Shown: positions 37,594-47,157 of the stretch, one piece after another
Numbering within the stretch: the first letter of the stretch is position 1
Layout of the letters: each line of letters begins with the position of its first letter
IMG/VR virus record: IMGVR_UViG_3300035181_000471
Coordinates: 124,001-188,000 of that record
Direction: 5' to 3' (one strand)
Length of the DNA: 64,000 nucleotides
Notes under the pieces: generated by a model
What the model was told of the DNA's origin: nothing
The model's database searches: none
The model's input: only the letters and a program-made list of their open reading frames with translations
Made by a program: the position numbers and the translations under genes

Positions 37594-38031
37594 ATGAAGA
37601 TCCATCCCGTTATTCAGCACTTGAATTCAGTTGTAACTGTCACCCTACAGGCTAGTTTCGTGGGTGATGCAAACGACTCCACTGATAAACAAAGAATTAC
37701 ATCTTATGGTGATCCAAAGGTTAATATGGCAGGAGATTTCATTGATCCTGTTGGTGGGGTTTTCACTTTCTCATTTCCCGTGTCTGAGTATTACAAGGGA
37801 GTGACCACTGAGTTATCCAATTACTCCGTTAGATTTATGACTCAGCTTCCTGCTGGCGTACCCGGTCAGGTGGCACCGACTCAGGGACCACTCGACTGCA
37901 TTACCTCAGATCCAATCCTAGCCGCAACCACATGGTCTACCGTCATGGGAACCAGGATTGGTGCCACCCTTACCACTCTAAGAGCTAAAACTCCAGCCAC
38001 ATTAACCACACTTCCTGATGCTACTGTATAA
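37594..38031 (+). CDS. hypothetical virion structural protein
   Basis: 145-aa ORF with GAGGA SD. Confidence 0.6.
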   Translation: MKIHPVIQHLNSVVTVTLQASFVGDANDSTDKQRITSYGDPKVNMAGDFIDPVGGVFTFSFPVSEYYKGVTTELSNYSVRFMTQLPAGVPGQVAPTQGPLDCITSDPILAATTWSTVMGTRIGATLTTLRAKTPATLTTLPDATV

Positions 38032-38043
38032 GGAGCTAGAAAA

Positions 38044-39399
38044 ATGCAATCGAATATGATGAGAAAAAGGGCCTTACAAGAAGCCAAGAAGTGTCCTGAC
38101 TGTGAGAGTCAGGGTCATGCTTGTGCAAAACACAACACTGTTGTAAGAGCGTTGGACCTACCTCAGTCTAAGAGTGCCATGCCCTCTAAGGAATATGAAC
38201 AGGATAAGACCTACCAAGACAAGGGTTCCGAAACTGATTTACAAGTCAACATTCAAGGTGCCGTTAGTCCTGCTAAGGGAGTACTAGACTACATCAAGCA
38301 GAAGCGTGTTGCACTAGAACAAGTTCTACAAACCAGAGGTGAGGCAGCAGTAGTCACCATGGCTTCTAAAGATCTTGCTGAGACTGTCCCCGGTGTAGCC
38401 AACACCAACACCAGCCTGCTAGGTGGAGTAATCGCCAAATATCTAATCCAACTAACACAGAAGGCCAAAGGCCAGAAGGTGACCCCCGCTTTTAACGACA
38501 GCCAATTTCTACAAGAAATCGAACCAATCCTAGAAAGGAAACACGCCTCCATGAACACCGCTGGAAAGAACCTAAAAGACAAGTCTGAGGAAGAATTAGA
38601 AGAGATGGAATCTTCTGATAAGGCCAATAAGACCAAGATGAAGAGACAGCCAGAAGGTGACAAGAAGGCTTCCTCGAAGCTAGCCGCCGAAGGTGGAGCA
38701 GAGGACGAAGAAGAGACTGAAGAGCAAACTTCTGTTGATTCAGCCGTGGTTGCCCTACTCGATTCCTGTAAGAACGAGTGGACCAATCTAGGTGAGCCTG
38801 TCAATCCTTCCACTTGGCCCAAGGAAATTGAAAGAGCCATTCTCAACCTAAACGACTCTATAATCAAAGCCATTGAGTCAACCGAGAGTAAGCTCATCGA
38901 GGGTGAGTTCTACTCTAAGAATGTTGACGAAGGTGTAAGCTCTGCTGGTGGTGGGTCTGCCATGATGAACGATCTATCTGTAGCTCCCGCTGAAGAAGGT
39001 GTAAATGGCGTCACCAATGATGAAGTTGTAGAGGAAGCTCCTTTAGACAACGAGATCAAGGCCAAGAAGTCTTCCAAGACTGCCGCCGCTGATATCACCT
39101 CCACCGAAACCAAAAAGGCCCTCAAGTTCGTCGAAGATCTTCAGGAAAAAGTTGCCGCTCTGTTCTTCGACTATAAAAAGACCGTAGAAGCCACTAATAA
39201 TTCTGCTCTAGTCAAGTCTGCTGGAGAGGATCTAGTTCGCCTCAAGACCAAGCTCAGCGAAGTAGAGAAGGTAATGAGCAAGCAGTTAACCGTTCTATCC
39301 GAGGCCGAGGAGTCCACCGAGAAGCAGAACAAAGAAAACGCCAAGTCTTCAAAACAGTCATCCAAGTTTATGGGCCTATCTCTTGCCTCTGAAGAGTAA
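38044..39399 (+). CDS. acidic/coiled-coil probable head-internal protein with Zn ribbon and K-x-A motifs
   Basis: KKCPDC; KKASSKLAAE, SKTAAAD; Glu-rich. Confidence 0.6.
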   Translation: MQSNMMRKRALQEAKKCPDCESQGHACAKHNTVVRALDLPQSKSAMPSKEYEQDKTYQDKGSETDLQVNIQGAVSPAKGVLDYIKQKRVALEQVLQTRGEAAVVTMASKDLAETVPGVANTNTSLLGGVIAKYLIQLTQKAKGQKVTPAFNDSQFLQEIEPILERKHASMNTAGKNLKDKSEEELEEMESSDKANKTKMKRQPEGDKKASSKLAAEGGAEDEEETEEQTSVDSAVVALLDSCKNEWTNLGEPVNPSTWPKEIERAILNLNDSIIKAIESTESKLIEGEFYSKNVDEGVSSAGGGSAMMNDLSVAPAEEGVNGVTNDEVVEEAPLDNEIKAKKSSKTAAADITSTETKKALKFVEDLQEKVAALFFDYKKTVEATNNSALVKSAGEDLVRLKTKLSEVEKVMSKQLTVLSEAEESTEKQNKENAKSSKQSSKFMGLSLASEE

Positions 39400-39444
39400 T
39401 TAAAGGAAACTGCATTTTAATTTCTATGAAAGAGGAGTAAATAT

Positions 39445-40125
39445 ATGGCAGGCACATCTGACAGCTACCTTTACAGACAAGGCGCTTCCGCCCAAACGAA
39501 GTCTGTAATTTCTAGCCGCTTTAAAATTTTCAGTCATGTCGCTGGAGTGGGTAAGTTCGTGAAGATGGGTGTGACCACCTCCTTCAACATTTCCGAGTCC
39601 AAGAACATTGACACCATTCGTGGTCTAGGCTATGGCGATCAAATTGCCGAGCTAGTCCCTGGCGTAACCCAGCCTATGTCCTTGACGATCAATCGTCACG
39701 CTCTCTACCTAGCCAATATCATGCAGATGTTCGGTTATAAGGCCGGAGCATCTGGACTAGTCCGTTCCCTCAAGCACCACAAGTGGCCCTTCGACATCAA
39801 GACCGAGATCGTGTTTTCTGAGCTAGCTTCAGAAGCCAAGGATACCGGACAGGCTCAGACTGCCGATGTTCCCTCTGAGGGTGGCCTAAACAATCTAGGA
39901 AACCCCGGCCTATACGCCATTGTAACCGTATACGAAGGTTGCTGGATGTCCAACTACTCCACCGCTTATCAGGTTGAGCAGGCCGCTGTATCTGAAGATG
40001 TGACTGTAATGGTCTCCGATGTCTTCGATGCTAACGGTTCCGTCTACGGTGAATTCATTGATTCCGGTCTAAATAAGGGTGATGCCACTGGCCGCTCCTT
40101 GAGACTAGCCAACGAACCCAGATAA
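39445..40125 (+). CDS. tail tube protein
   Basis: TSFNISESKNIDTIRGLGYG...ELVPG...SLTINRHALY; YEGCWMSNYS; follows sheath; own terminator. Confidence 0.8.
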   Translation: MAGTSDSYLYRQGASAQTKSVISSRFKIFSHVAGVGKFVKMGVTTSFNISESKNIDTIRGLGYGDQIAELVPGVTQPMSLTINRHALYLANIMQMFGYKAGASGLVRSLKHHKWPFDIKTEIVFSELASEAKDTGQAQTADVPSEGGLNNLGNPGLYAIVTVYEGCWMSNYSTAYQVEQAAVSEDVTVMVSDVFDANGSVYGEFIDSGLNKGDATGRSLRLANEPR

Positions 40126-40141
40126 CCAACAAAAACCGATG

Positions 40142-40174
40142 AAAGGCCCCTCATAAAATAGAGGGGCCTTTTTC
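40142..40174 (+). terminator. intrinsic terminator after tube gene
   Basis: AAAGGCCCCTC-ataaaata-GAGGGGCCTTT-TT. Confidence 0.85.
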
Positions 40175-40185
40175 ATAATAAACTG

Positions 40186-40206
40186 ACTATTGCACTCTTT
40201 AAGTGA
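40186..40206 (+). promoter_or_regulatory. candidate late promoter motif
   Basis: ACTATT-gcact-CT-ttaagt-GA, directly after a terminator, 10 nt before ATG. Confidence 0.45.
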
Positions 40207-40216
40207 ACGGTAGTAT

Positions 40217-40990
40217 ATGTCAAAAACCAAAATAGCCGACATCAACGACATCATAGAAATCCCTGGGAACAAGCTGTTCGACAACGGTCTTTGTGTAGAT
40301 GCTGGTCTACCTCCGCTTACAGATAGTGCAGAAGGCACGGTAGTTGTAAGCTCCCTACTCAAGAAAAAGGGGGATTTAAATGAAGAACTCACGAAGAACC
40401 GCACTTACTACGACAAGACTTACCAGACTGCACCAGGGCGTGATGGCGGTAACCCATTTGCTTCAAAACGAAATGAAGAGGATCAGTTACAGACTCAAGC
40501 AGACCCGCAGACGCATGATCATAAACCTCTCCGTTCTTCTGAGGATAAGGCGTGGATGGGATCTATGGGCATAAAGCAATCGGAGTACCATAAAGATCCC
40601 GATGAGCTTCCCCCTAGGGAAGACCTTAGAAACTATAGTGCTGAGGGGATCAAGAAAGAAGTTCTAGAAGAAGATCGTGATTTAGAGAAAACCTCCTCCT
40701 TATTAATTGGATCATTCAATCATACCGTTGATACAAAAAGAGCCGCTGTAAAAGTTGCATCTGTAAAATCGTTAAGAGCATTCGTAACTCCTACTAATAT
40801 CAAGATTCACGACCAACATCTAGTTGTCAATCTTCCAAGAACTGCCTCTCGTGACATCGAGTTTGATTCCAAGAAGCTATCCGCTATCGAAAATGAAATC
40901 TCCAGGGCTTTAAATGTGAGAGCTAAATACGCTCATTTTATGGTGTCCTCGTCCTATGACGGTGTGGCGTTGGAGTTTCTCTTATGCTAA
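40217..40990 (+). CDS. hypothetical head-region protein
   Basis: 257-aa ORF; KVAS, RTAS motifs. Confidence 0.6.
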   Translation: MSKTKIADINDIIEIPGNKLFDNGLCVDAGLPPLTDSAEGTVVVSSLLKKKGDLNEELTKNRTYYDKTYQTAPGRDGGNPFASKRNEEDQLQTQADPQTHDHKPLRSSEDKAWMGSMGIKQSEYHKDPDELPPREDLRNYSAEGIKKEVLEEDRDLEKTSSLLIGSFNHTVDTKRAAVKVASVKSLRAFVTPTNIKIHDQHLVVNLPRTASRDIEFDSKKLSAIENEISRALNVRAKYAHFMVSSSYDGVALEFLLC

Positions 40991-41096
40991 ACCGAGCTAA
41001 ACTAAGTTCCAGGATCTACTCTGATGATTATAGGGCTAGAATGAAAGTAGCCCCAAAACTTAGAAGGGAAAGAGAAGCCCTCTTGAAAGTGTAACC

Positions 41097-41960
41097 ATGC
41101 CAATCAACAAAACCGCAACAGCCGTGTTAACTGACCCAATCTATTCTTTGAATGATTGGAACAAGCTTCATGGGCCAAAAGCCTTCGGCCAGAAGACCGC
41201 AGGCTTCAGCAAATTTGCTGGCAATACCTCCAAGTATCTTCTTTCGCATGTCACCATCATGTCTTCTGTCATGACTGAGAACGAGCCTGATGACTACCTC
41301 ATCAAGCCTGAGTGTTCTTATCTAGTCAACCAGAATGAAGATGGTTGGGAAAACGAAGTTCTCAAGATGTCCTACAGATCCTTCGTAGGAGCTTTTAACT
41401 TCCTTGAACACATGCAGAACAGAAAGCAATCCAAAGGTCACATTATCGACTCCGTTCTCAGAAAGATCAGCATCACTGGGGATGTCTGGGTCTATTTCGT
41501 AGATCTCTTGGTTGCAACTGACCTAGCTCACGAAAAGCTTGTGAGTCAGATCAGAAATGGCGAAGTAAAATATCTCTCGATGGGATGTGTCACCGATCTA
41601 GTTATCTGCTCATATTGTGGACACAGAGTTACTGAGGATGGAAATTACTGCAACCACCTATCATACAATAAGGGGCAGTTCATCCCTGACGACGATGGTG
41701 TGTCTAGAAGAGTGGCCGAGCTTTGTGGTCACAAATCCCTACCCAACGGTGGCGTAAAGTTCGTTGAAGCCTCATGGGTAGAGATTCCCGCTTTCCCTGG
41801 AGCCGCTGTAAGAGAAATCATTGCAGACTCTTGGGAGGGTCCAAAGACCGCTTACACCAAAGACGCAGAAGAGCTAGGAAGGCGTAAAGCCGCATCTTCA
41901 TTGATTCTACCCGGAGCCGATGCTACTGATGCCGCCTTTAATAGATTGCTTATGAGGTAA
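41097..41960 (+). CDS. prohead (capsid maturation) protease, HK97/assemblin-like, with Zn-finger insertion
   Basis: NFLEH, YLSMGC (catalytic Ser candidate), CSYCGH...CNH, EASWVEIPAFPGA; upstream of scaffold and MCP. Confidence 0.85.
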   Translation: MPINKTATAVLTDPIYSLNDWNKLHGPKAFGQKTAGFSKFAGNTSKYLLSHVTIMSSVMTENEPDDYLIKPECSYLVNQNEDGWENEVLKMSYRSFVGAFNFLEHMQNRKQSKGHIIDSVLRKISITGDVWVYFVDLLVATDLAHEKLVSQIRNGEVKYLSMGCVTDLVICSYCGHRVTEDGNYCNHLSYNKGQFIPDDDGVSRRVAELCGHKSLPNGGVKFVEASWVEIPAFPGAAVREIIADSWEGPKTAYTKDAEELGRRKAASSLILPGADATDAAFNRLLMR

Positions 41961-41985
41961 ACTATTAAAGCTATGCAATATTTAA

Positions 41986-42005
41986 ACTTTTAATGTCTTT
42001 AAAGA
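41986..42005 (+). promoter_or_regulatory. candidate late promoter motif (scaffold)
   Basis: ACTTTT-aatgt-CT-ttaaa-GA. Confidence 0.5.
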
Positions 42006-42040
42006 AGAAGTCGAATTTCAAATAACCAGGAGTCTTCAAC

Positions 42041-43333
42041 ATGACCGCAAAACCTTCACTAAGAGAAAGAATCGCTACCCTAAAGGCCGAGAAAGAAGCC
42101 AAGACCGCCGCTTCTGCTTCCAAATTCTCTGCTAAGGAAGCAAAAACTCGTGTAGCCGCTTCTTGGACAATCGCCAAGACCCTACTTCCCTCCGCTCCTA
42201 GCGAAGTGCAGTATAAGTTGGCTTCTTCCCTACTAGGGAACTCCACCAATGCTTTGACCGCCATCGTGCGTCAGGCCGCTGTAAATGCTCACTGGACCAA
42301 GGTCGCAGAGAAGTTCGAAGAGATGCACAAGGTCGAACTAAATGAGCTAATCGAAGACCCCTCTCTTCTCAGCAAGATGCAGAATGAAGTTGAGAAAGAG
42401 CTAAAGGGCGAAGCCAAGAATGCTTCTGCTAAGTGTGAGTGTGGTAAACCCGGTTGCCCCGAGTGCAACCCTAAGACTGCAAAGGCTAAAAAGGCCGAAG
42501 GTGAGAACAAGCCCATTGAGAACAAGCCCATTGAGGATAATGAAATCAAGGAACCCGAAACGGAAGTCCCCGCTCCTTCAGTTGAAGACTCCTCTATGGA
42601 AGACTCCTCTATGGAAGACTCCTCTAATGAAGCTGACGCCGATGCCTCTGATGCTCCCGTTTCTCCTGCCGAGAACAAAAAGGACATTCTAGTAGAGCAG
42701 ATTCAGACCATTAAGGATGATGTTGCCGCTCTAGAGGAAGAAGTAACTGAAGGCGAGGAACTTGACTTCTCTGCCATCTTCGATGAAGAGGGAATGGAAG
42801 ACAAGGCTGACAATCTAGCCAATGAGAATGAGGATTTTGATGGCGACATCGAAGCTTCTGGTGAAGGATTCTTCACTCCCTCTGATGCTGGTGATCTAGA
42901 AGGCGCAATGGACGCTGATGGCATGGACTTCGCTGACGCTTCTGACTTCTTCTCCCACTCCGCCTCCGTAGACTCTATGGATGGCTTATTCGCTGGTGAA
43001 GCCAAGACCGCCGCTAAGGATGATGTCATTGCTCCTGGTGAGATGGGTGACAAGATCGTAAGCAAGGGAAATGTGGATGATGCTGAGTCGGACCACGAGG
43101 ACAACATCCTATTCGAAATCCTAGGCGATATCAAGTCTGTTGCTTATGAAGATGGCGAGTATAAGAGAACCACTGAGCCTAAGTTTGAGAAGGCTGCTTC
43201 TGCCAAGCCTGCTCCTGCTGTGAAGCGCCCAATTCGTTCCCTAGGTAATGTGAAGACTGCCGCTCCTTCACAAAGCGTTGAGAAGACTGCACTGGCTTCT
43301 CTAGTCTTCCCCGATGACGAACTCTTCGGATAA
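42041..43333 (+). CDS. capsid scaffolding protein (putative)
   Basis: Highly acidic, helical, between protease and capsid genes; many KTAA/KxA motifs; small Zn module CECGKPGCPEC. Confidence 0.7.
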   Translation: MTAKPSLRERIATLKAEKEAKTAASASKFSAKEAKTRVAASWTIAKTLLPSAPSEVQYKLASSLLGNSTNALTAIVRQAAVNAHWTKVAEKFEEMHKVELNELIEDPSLLSKMQNEVEKELKGEAKNASAKCECGKPGCPECNPKTAKAKKAEGENKPIENKPIEDNEIKEPETEVPAPSVEDSSMEDSSMEDSSNEADADASDAPVSPAENKKDILVEQIQTIKDDVAALEEEVTEGEELDFSAIFDEEGMEDKADNLANENEDFDGDIEASGEGFFTPSDAGDLEGAMDADGMDFADASDFFSHSASVDSMDGLFAGEAKTAAKDDVIAPGEMGDKIVSKGNVDDAESDHEDNILFEILGDIKSVAYEDGEYKRTTEPKFEKAASAKPAPAVKRPIRSLGNVKTAAPSQSVEKTALASLVFPDDELFG

Positions 43334-43350
43334 ACAACACAAATCAAGTT

Positions 43351-43386
43351 AAGTTGAGGCCCTGGGAAACTGGGGTCTCAACTTTT
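43351..43386 (+). terminator. terminator-like hairpin after scaffold
   Basis: AAGTTGAGGCC...GGTCTCAACTT-TT (one G-U pair). Confidence 0.7.
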
Positions 43387-43529
43387 ATAGACACAAATTT
43401 AAAGTAAAAGTACAAGTAAAGAAGAAATAAAATTAGCAATCCTATATTACATGAGACTTATCTCCTTGTGATCTTGCACTGTGCTGATCCGGTAAGCCTC
43501 GACCAAAATTTCTATAGGAGATACTTATT

Positions 43530-44024
43530 ATGTATCTTGAGTTGGAATACTACGGCCAGAACGATGGCATGACCATCCCTGATGTAGTCCTAACTGGCGA
43601 TCCTGGTGTTGATAACGCAACCCTAACCGCTGGCGGCTATAACAGTGGTGCGCTCGTGTCCGTTAAGGCTGGCGTCACCAACAATGCCAATGGCATTGTT
43701 ATCAATCCCTTCATTGGAACTTCTTCCACTGAAGTCCCCTACGGCTTCCTGCTTCTAGGTGCTGGACAGTTCTCTTCCTCCATTACCCCCTCCGGTTCTG
43801 GGAAGACCCCTGTTGTTCGCGCTCTACCTAAGTTCAAGCTACCTTCTTCTCAGGTAGACGGTGCTGGTACTGCTGGACTAGGCAAGTACATCTACGGTTC
43901 TCAGGTTACTGCTGGGAAGGTTTCGTTTGCCCCCGGAACTAACAACGGGCTAACCCCCGTGGGTATCTGCACCCACCTCATTACCGCTGCTGAGCCTTGG
44001 CTTGGCGTGTCTTCGTTGCTATAA
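43530..44024 (+). CDS. putative capsid decoration/cement protein
   Basis: 164-aa Gly-rich beta protein immediately upstream of the MCP, with the same codon style. Confidence 0.6.
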   Translation: MYLELEYYGQNDGMTIPDVVLTGDPGVDNATLTAGGYNSGALVSVKAGVTNNANGIVINPFIGTSSTEVPYGFLLLGAGQFSSSITPSGSGKTPVVRALPKFKLPSSQVDGAGTAGLGKYIYGSQVTAGKVSFAPGTNNGLTPVGICTHLITAAEPWLGVSSLL

Positions 44025-44039
44025 GAGGAGATAACTACT

Positions 44040-44945
44040 ATGGCTACTCTATCCCGCACCCAAGCACAGACCGCTCAGCTAGGTCAGATCCTAAAGACCG
44101 CCGCTGGCCGTCAGAAACTTGCCGCCGCTCTCGGACCTTCGCTCCGTAGACGCCGCGACTATATGTCCATCGCTCGTAAGGCCCTCATGGTTGAAACACT
44201 ACCTGATGGCGCACTACCAATCTACGACAAGGAATTCGATGAAACTGGTCGTTCCTTCGTTGAAGCATTCGTAGTAGGTGAGCAGGGTGGCGACATCGTG
44301 AAGTTGGCTAACCCCCTTCGCGTAACCGTCCCCACCTTCGAAATCGCCTCCAACCCAATGATTCCTATCACTCAGATCAAGGAGCGTAGATTCGACATCG
44401 TTTCTCGCGCCCTAAATCTAGCAAAGGCTGAAATTGGCGCTGCTGAAGATGGTTTCGTGTTCAACCTCTTCGATACGATTGCTACTGCTGCCAACGGCAA
44501 GGCTACCAGCGATCCTATCTACAATGTGAACTACCCCCTATCTGGTAGCATCACTCCTGATGCTATGGCCGATCTATTCGGACAGGTCCAGAGACATGAC
44601 AACTCCGTTGCCTATGTATTCGTCAATCCCCGCGATTACACTGACTTCCTCAAGTGGCATGACTCCACCCTAGACCGTGAGACCCAGAGACACCTACTCA
44701 AGACTGGTATCATGGGCTACCTCTGGGGCGCAACCGTCCTACAGAGCAGAAAAGTGGGCTACGGCTCAGTTTATGTCCTAGCTGACGCTGAGTTCCTAGG
44801 CGTAATTCCTGAGAGAGTTCCTCTCACAGTGCTTTCTGCTGATCGCCCTGACCTCCGTCAGATCGGTTTCAGCGTCTTCGAAATCGCTGGATTCCTCGTC
44901 TTCAACCCCTCTGGCGTTCAGAAGATGATCGTAACTCGTCCCTAA
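44040..44945 (+). CDS. major capsid protein (HK97-fold, inferred)
   Basis: RRRRDYMSIARKALMVETLPDGALPIYDK; protease-scaffold-decoration-MCP synteny; strong SD; strong terminator. Confidence 0.85.
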   Translation: MATLSRTQAQTAQLGQILKTAAGRQKLAAALGPSLRRRRDYMSIARKALMVETLPDGALPIYDKEFDETGRSFVEAFVVGEQGGDIVKLANPLRVTVPTFEIASNPMIPITQIKERRFDIVSRALNLAKAEIGAAEDGFVFNLFDTIATAANGKATSDPIYNVNYPLSGSITPDAMADLFGQVQRHDNSVAYVFVNPRDYTDFLKWHDSTLDRETQRHLLKTGIMGYLWGATVLQSRKVGYGSVYVLADAEFLGVIPERVPLTVLSADRPDLRQIGFSVFEIAGFLVFNPSGVQKMIVTRP

Positions 44946-44967
44946 TCAATACCTAGGGATCTAAGAT

Positions 44968-44993
44968 AAGGCCCCGCTTCGGTGGGGCCTTTT
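44968..44993 (+). terminator. intrinsic terminator after MCP (cUUCGg loop)
   Basis: AAGGCCCCGC-TTCG-GTGGGGCCTT-TT. Confidence 0.9.
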
Positions 44994-45050
44994 CCATTGC
45001 AGTTAATTTTTTTCTCAATATTTGCAGTAATAAACCATGAAGGAGCTTAT

Positions 45051-45671
45051 ATGCAGAAGCAGTATGTCAGTAACCACACAGTCAATTTCTCGGACTTTAA
45101 ATTCTTTGTCCGTCCAGGGGATGTTTGTGTGCATAACGAGGCCACAAATGACTTCGTGATCTACCGTAATGGCGACCTAGTTGCTACCCTCAAGACCTCA
45201 GTCATGGCTCTCAAGAGCATGATGACCCCAGAGACCAACTATTTCTCTGAGATCAAAGAAGATGCTGTCCCCAATGTTGTTGTCGTAGATGACGCTCCTG
45301 GCGACGATAAGATCACCCTTATTAACGAGCTAGCCTCCAAAGGTCTAGATGACCTGGAAGCTGGTAATGTCACTTCTCAGGAGGACGCCAAGCTCAAGCT
45401 TTCCAAGTTTTCTGTGGAAGAAGAGGGGACCGATGAAGATCTTGCCGATGACGAAGAGGGCACAGAGACTACTGGAGTGGCAGTTGCCACCGAAGAAAAG
45501 GGTGTGACCGTAACTCAGGTAGATCTTAATGAGGAAGCTATCGTCCAAACCATTCCCAGTGATCTAGCTCCCCCAGTCAAGGAAGTCATCGTAACTAAAG
45601 ACCCTGATAAGATCAAAGCTATCGCTGAGGCTCAGAAGGCTAAGGCCGCTAAGAAACCCAAATCTAAGTAA
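45051..45671 (+). CDS. hypothetical acidic protein
   Basis: ATG 45051 has an AGGAG SD; the track start at 44982 lies inside the terminator. Confidence 0.65.
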   Translation: MQKQYVSNHTVNFSDFKFFVRPGDVCVHNEATNDFVIYRNGDLVATLKTSVMALKSMMTPETNYFSEIKEDAVPNVVVVDDAPGDDKITLINELASKGLDDLEAGNVTSQEDAKLKLSKFSVEEEGTDEDLADDEEGTETTGVAVATEEKGVTVTQVDLNEEAIVQTIPSDLAPPVKEVIVTKDPDKIKAIAEAQKAKAAKKPKSK

Positions 45672-45705
45672 ATTGACTTTCCCTTACATTTGTAGGTGGT
45701 AAGTT

Positions 45706-46452
45706 ATGGCCGAAACTGAGCAGAAACCAAGAATGTGGATGAGTATACCCCTCCAACACTTGGCTTCTAAAAAATACAAAGTAGCCTTCTCCATCAAGGA
45801 GTTAGCACAAGCTTCAAACGATTTTTCTAAGAAGTATGTGGGTGGATGCACACCATCACTAATCAAGTCCGAGCCTAAGAAGCTCTTCATGCACTATAGG
45901 GTTACCTGCACCAAGGCCGATTCAGACCCCAAGGGTCATGAAGTCAGGGTGCAGTTTGACCTTTCTAAGATCGACACCTCCTCTACCATCAACAATCTAG
46001 ATGTGAGAGTGTCGTGTAGTTGCCCAGCTTTCCTATACTGGGGCGCTCAGTGGAATTTGAATTCCCTCGATTCTTTAGAGGGTGTGCCTCGTCCTGAGCT
46101 AAAGGCTCCAACCGAACAGCTTGAAAAGCGTGACACATACTTCATTTGCAAACATATCAAGGTGGTTAGTGACAGAATCACTCCAGCTATCGGTAATGTT
46201 CTTAATAGAATCAAGGACAGGCTCAGACTTGAGAAGATCCGTGATGATAGAGAGCAGGAACTAGCTGATAAGAAGTTAAGACAACAAGAGCAGGAAACCA
46301 AACAGCAAGAACCAGAGAAGCCTCAGCCACAAGAGCAAGCATCTCCAGCTACTCCCCCTAAGCCCAAGAAGCCGCCTGTGAAGCCTGATAGGGGGCATCT
46401 TGACATGGGACAGAGCAAACCGTCCAGGACAAGACCTGGGGTCATTAACTAA
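45706..46452 (+). CDS. SWIM-type zinc finger protein
   Basis: VRVSCSCPAFLYWG...FICKHI (CxCx(n)CxH). Confidence 0.75.
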   Translation: MAETEQKPRMWMSIPLQHLASKKYKVAFSIKELAQASNDFSKKYVGGCTPSLIKSEPKKLFMHYRVTCTKADSDPKGHEVRVQFDLSKIDTSSTINNLDVRVSCSCPAFLYWGAQWNLNSLDSLEGVPRPELKAPTEQLEKRDTYFICKHIKVVSDRITPAIGNVLNRIKDRLRLEKIRDDREQELADKKLRQQEQETKQQEPEKPQPQEQASPATPPKPKKPPVKPDRGHLDMGQSKPSRTRPGVIN

Positions 46453-46463
46453 GCGAGAAAGCC

Positions 46464-46886
46464 ATGCACGAATTACTTGTCAAGAAAGCCGCCCCTTTAA
46501 GCGATGATGCCAAAGACCGCCTTGGTCAGCATGGTGATGTCGTAGTTGAGGAGAGGGCTATCGGTGATTACGAATTCTTCCTGGTTCAGAACCGTTATAT
46601 GCGTTATGTCCAGTTAGGTATGCAAAGAGTGGGTCAGGACATGACCAATATTGAGGAGCAGACAACCAAAATCCCTCAAGAAAAAGGAAAATTTTCTATG
46701 AGTGAACTGAAAAGTTTGCTCAATGAGTGGGTATTTGAATATGAGAAGATCCTGATTGGGACTTACGAACCTAGAAAACGAGCATTCTACGCTAAGATTA
46801 TCAGGGCGCTAGGATTCAAATTAGGCGAGATGATGGTGGCCGGACATTCAGTCCTGGTCCTCAACGAACCCGCCGATAGCGAGTAA
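46464..46886 (+). CDS. hypothetical protein
   Basis: 140-aa ORF. Confidence 0.55.
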   Translation: MHELLVKKAAPLSDDAKDRLGQHGDVVVEERAIGDYEFFLVQNRYMRYVQLGMQRVGQDMTNIEEQTTKIPQEKGKFSMSELKSLLNEWVFEYEKILIGTYEPRKRAFYAKIIRALGFKLGEMMVAGHSVLVLNEPADSE

Positions 46887-46903
46887 GTCCTTCCATAAAA
46901 CAG

Positions 46904-46924
46904 ACTTTCAGAATCTTAAGATGT
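46904..46924 (+). promoter_or_regulatory. candidate late promoter motif
   Basis: ACTTTC-agaat-CT-taagat-GT. Confidence 0.5.
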
Positions 46925-46944
46925 AGGATTAACAAGGAGTCTAT

Positions 46945-47142
46945 ATGGCTAAAATTGCCGCTACAGATAACACCGCTATGAACAAGCTCTTCGCCCTTGA
47001 AGCCACCAAAGCTGGCAGTAAGGTCGCCGCTGGAGATGTTCAGGCATTCGAAGATCACAAGGACTATGTATCCACCCTAGAGTCCATCCTCAGCGATGAC
47101 AAGAAGACCTCTTGGTCCCCCAACGATCTTCTACTAGACTAA
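46945..47142 (+). CDS. small hypothetical protein (KIAA, KVAA motifs)
   Basis: 65-aa ORF with AAGGAG SD. Confidence 0.6.
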   Translation: MAKIAATDNTAMNKLFALEATKAGSKVAAGDVQAFEDHKDYVSTLESILSDDKKTSWSPNDLLLD

Positions 47143-47157
47143 AGATACGAGGTTCAA

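Noticed and set aside
44982-45050. Track-called N-terminal extension of the gene after the MCP
   Set aside because: It starts inside the MCP terminator; ATG 45051 has the AGGAG SD.
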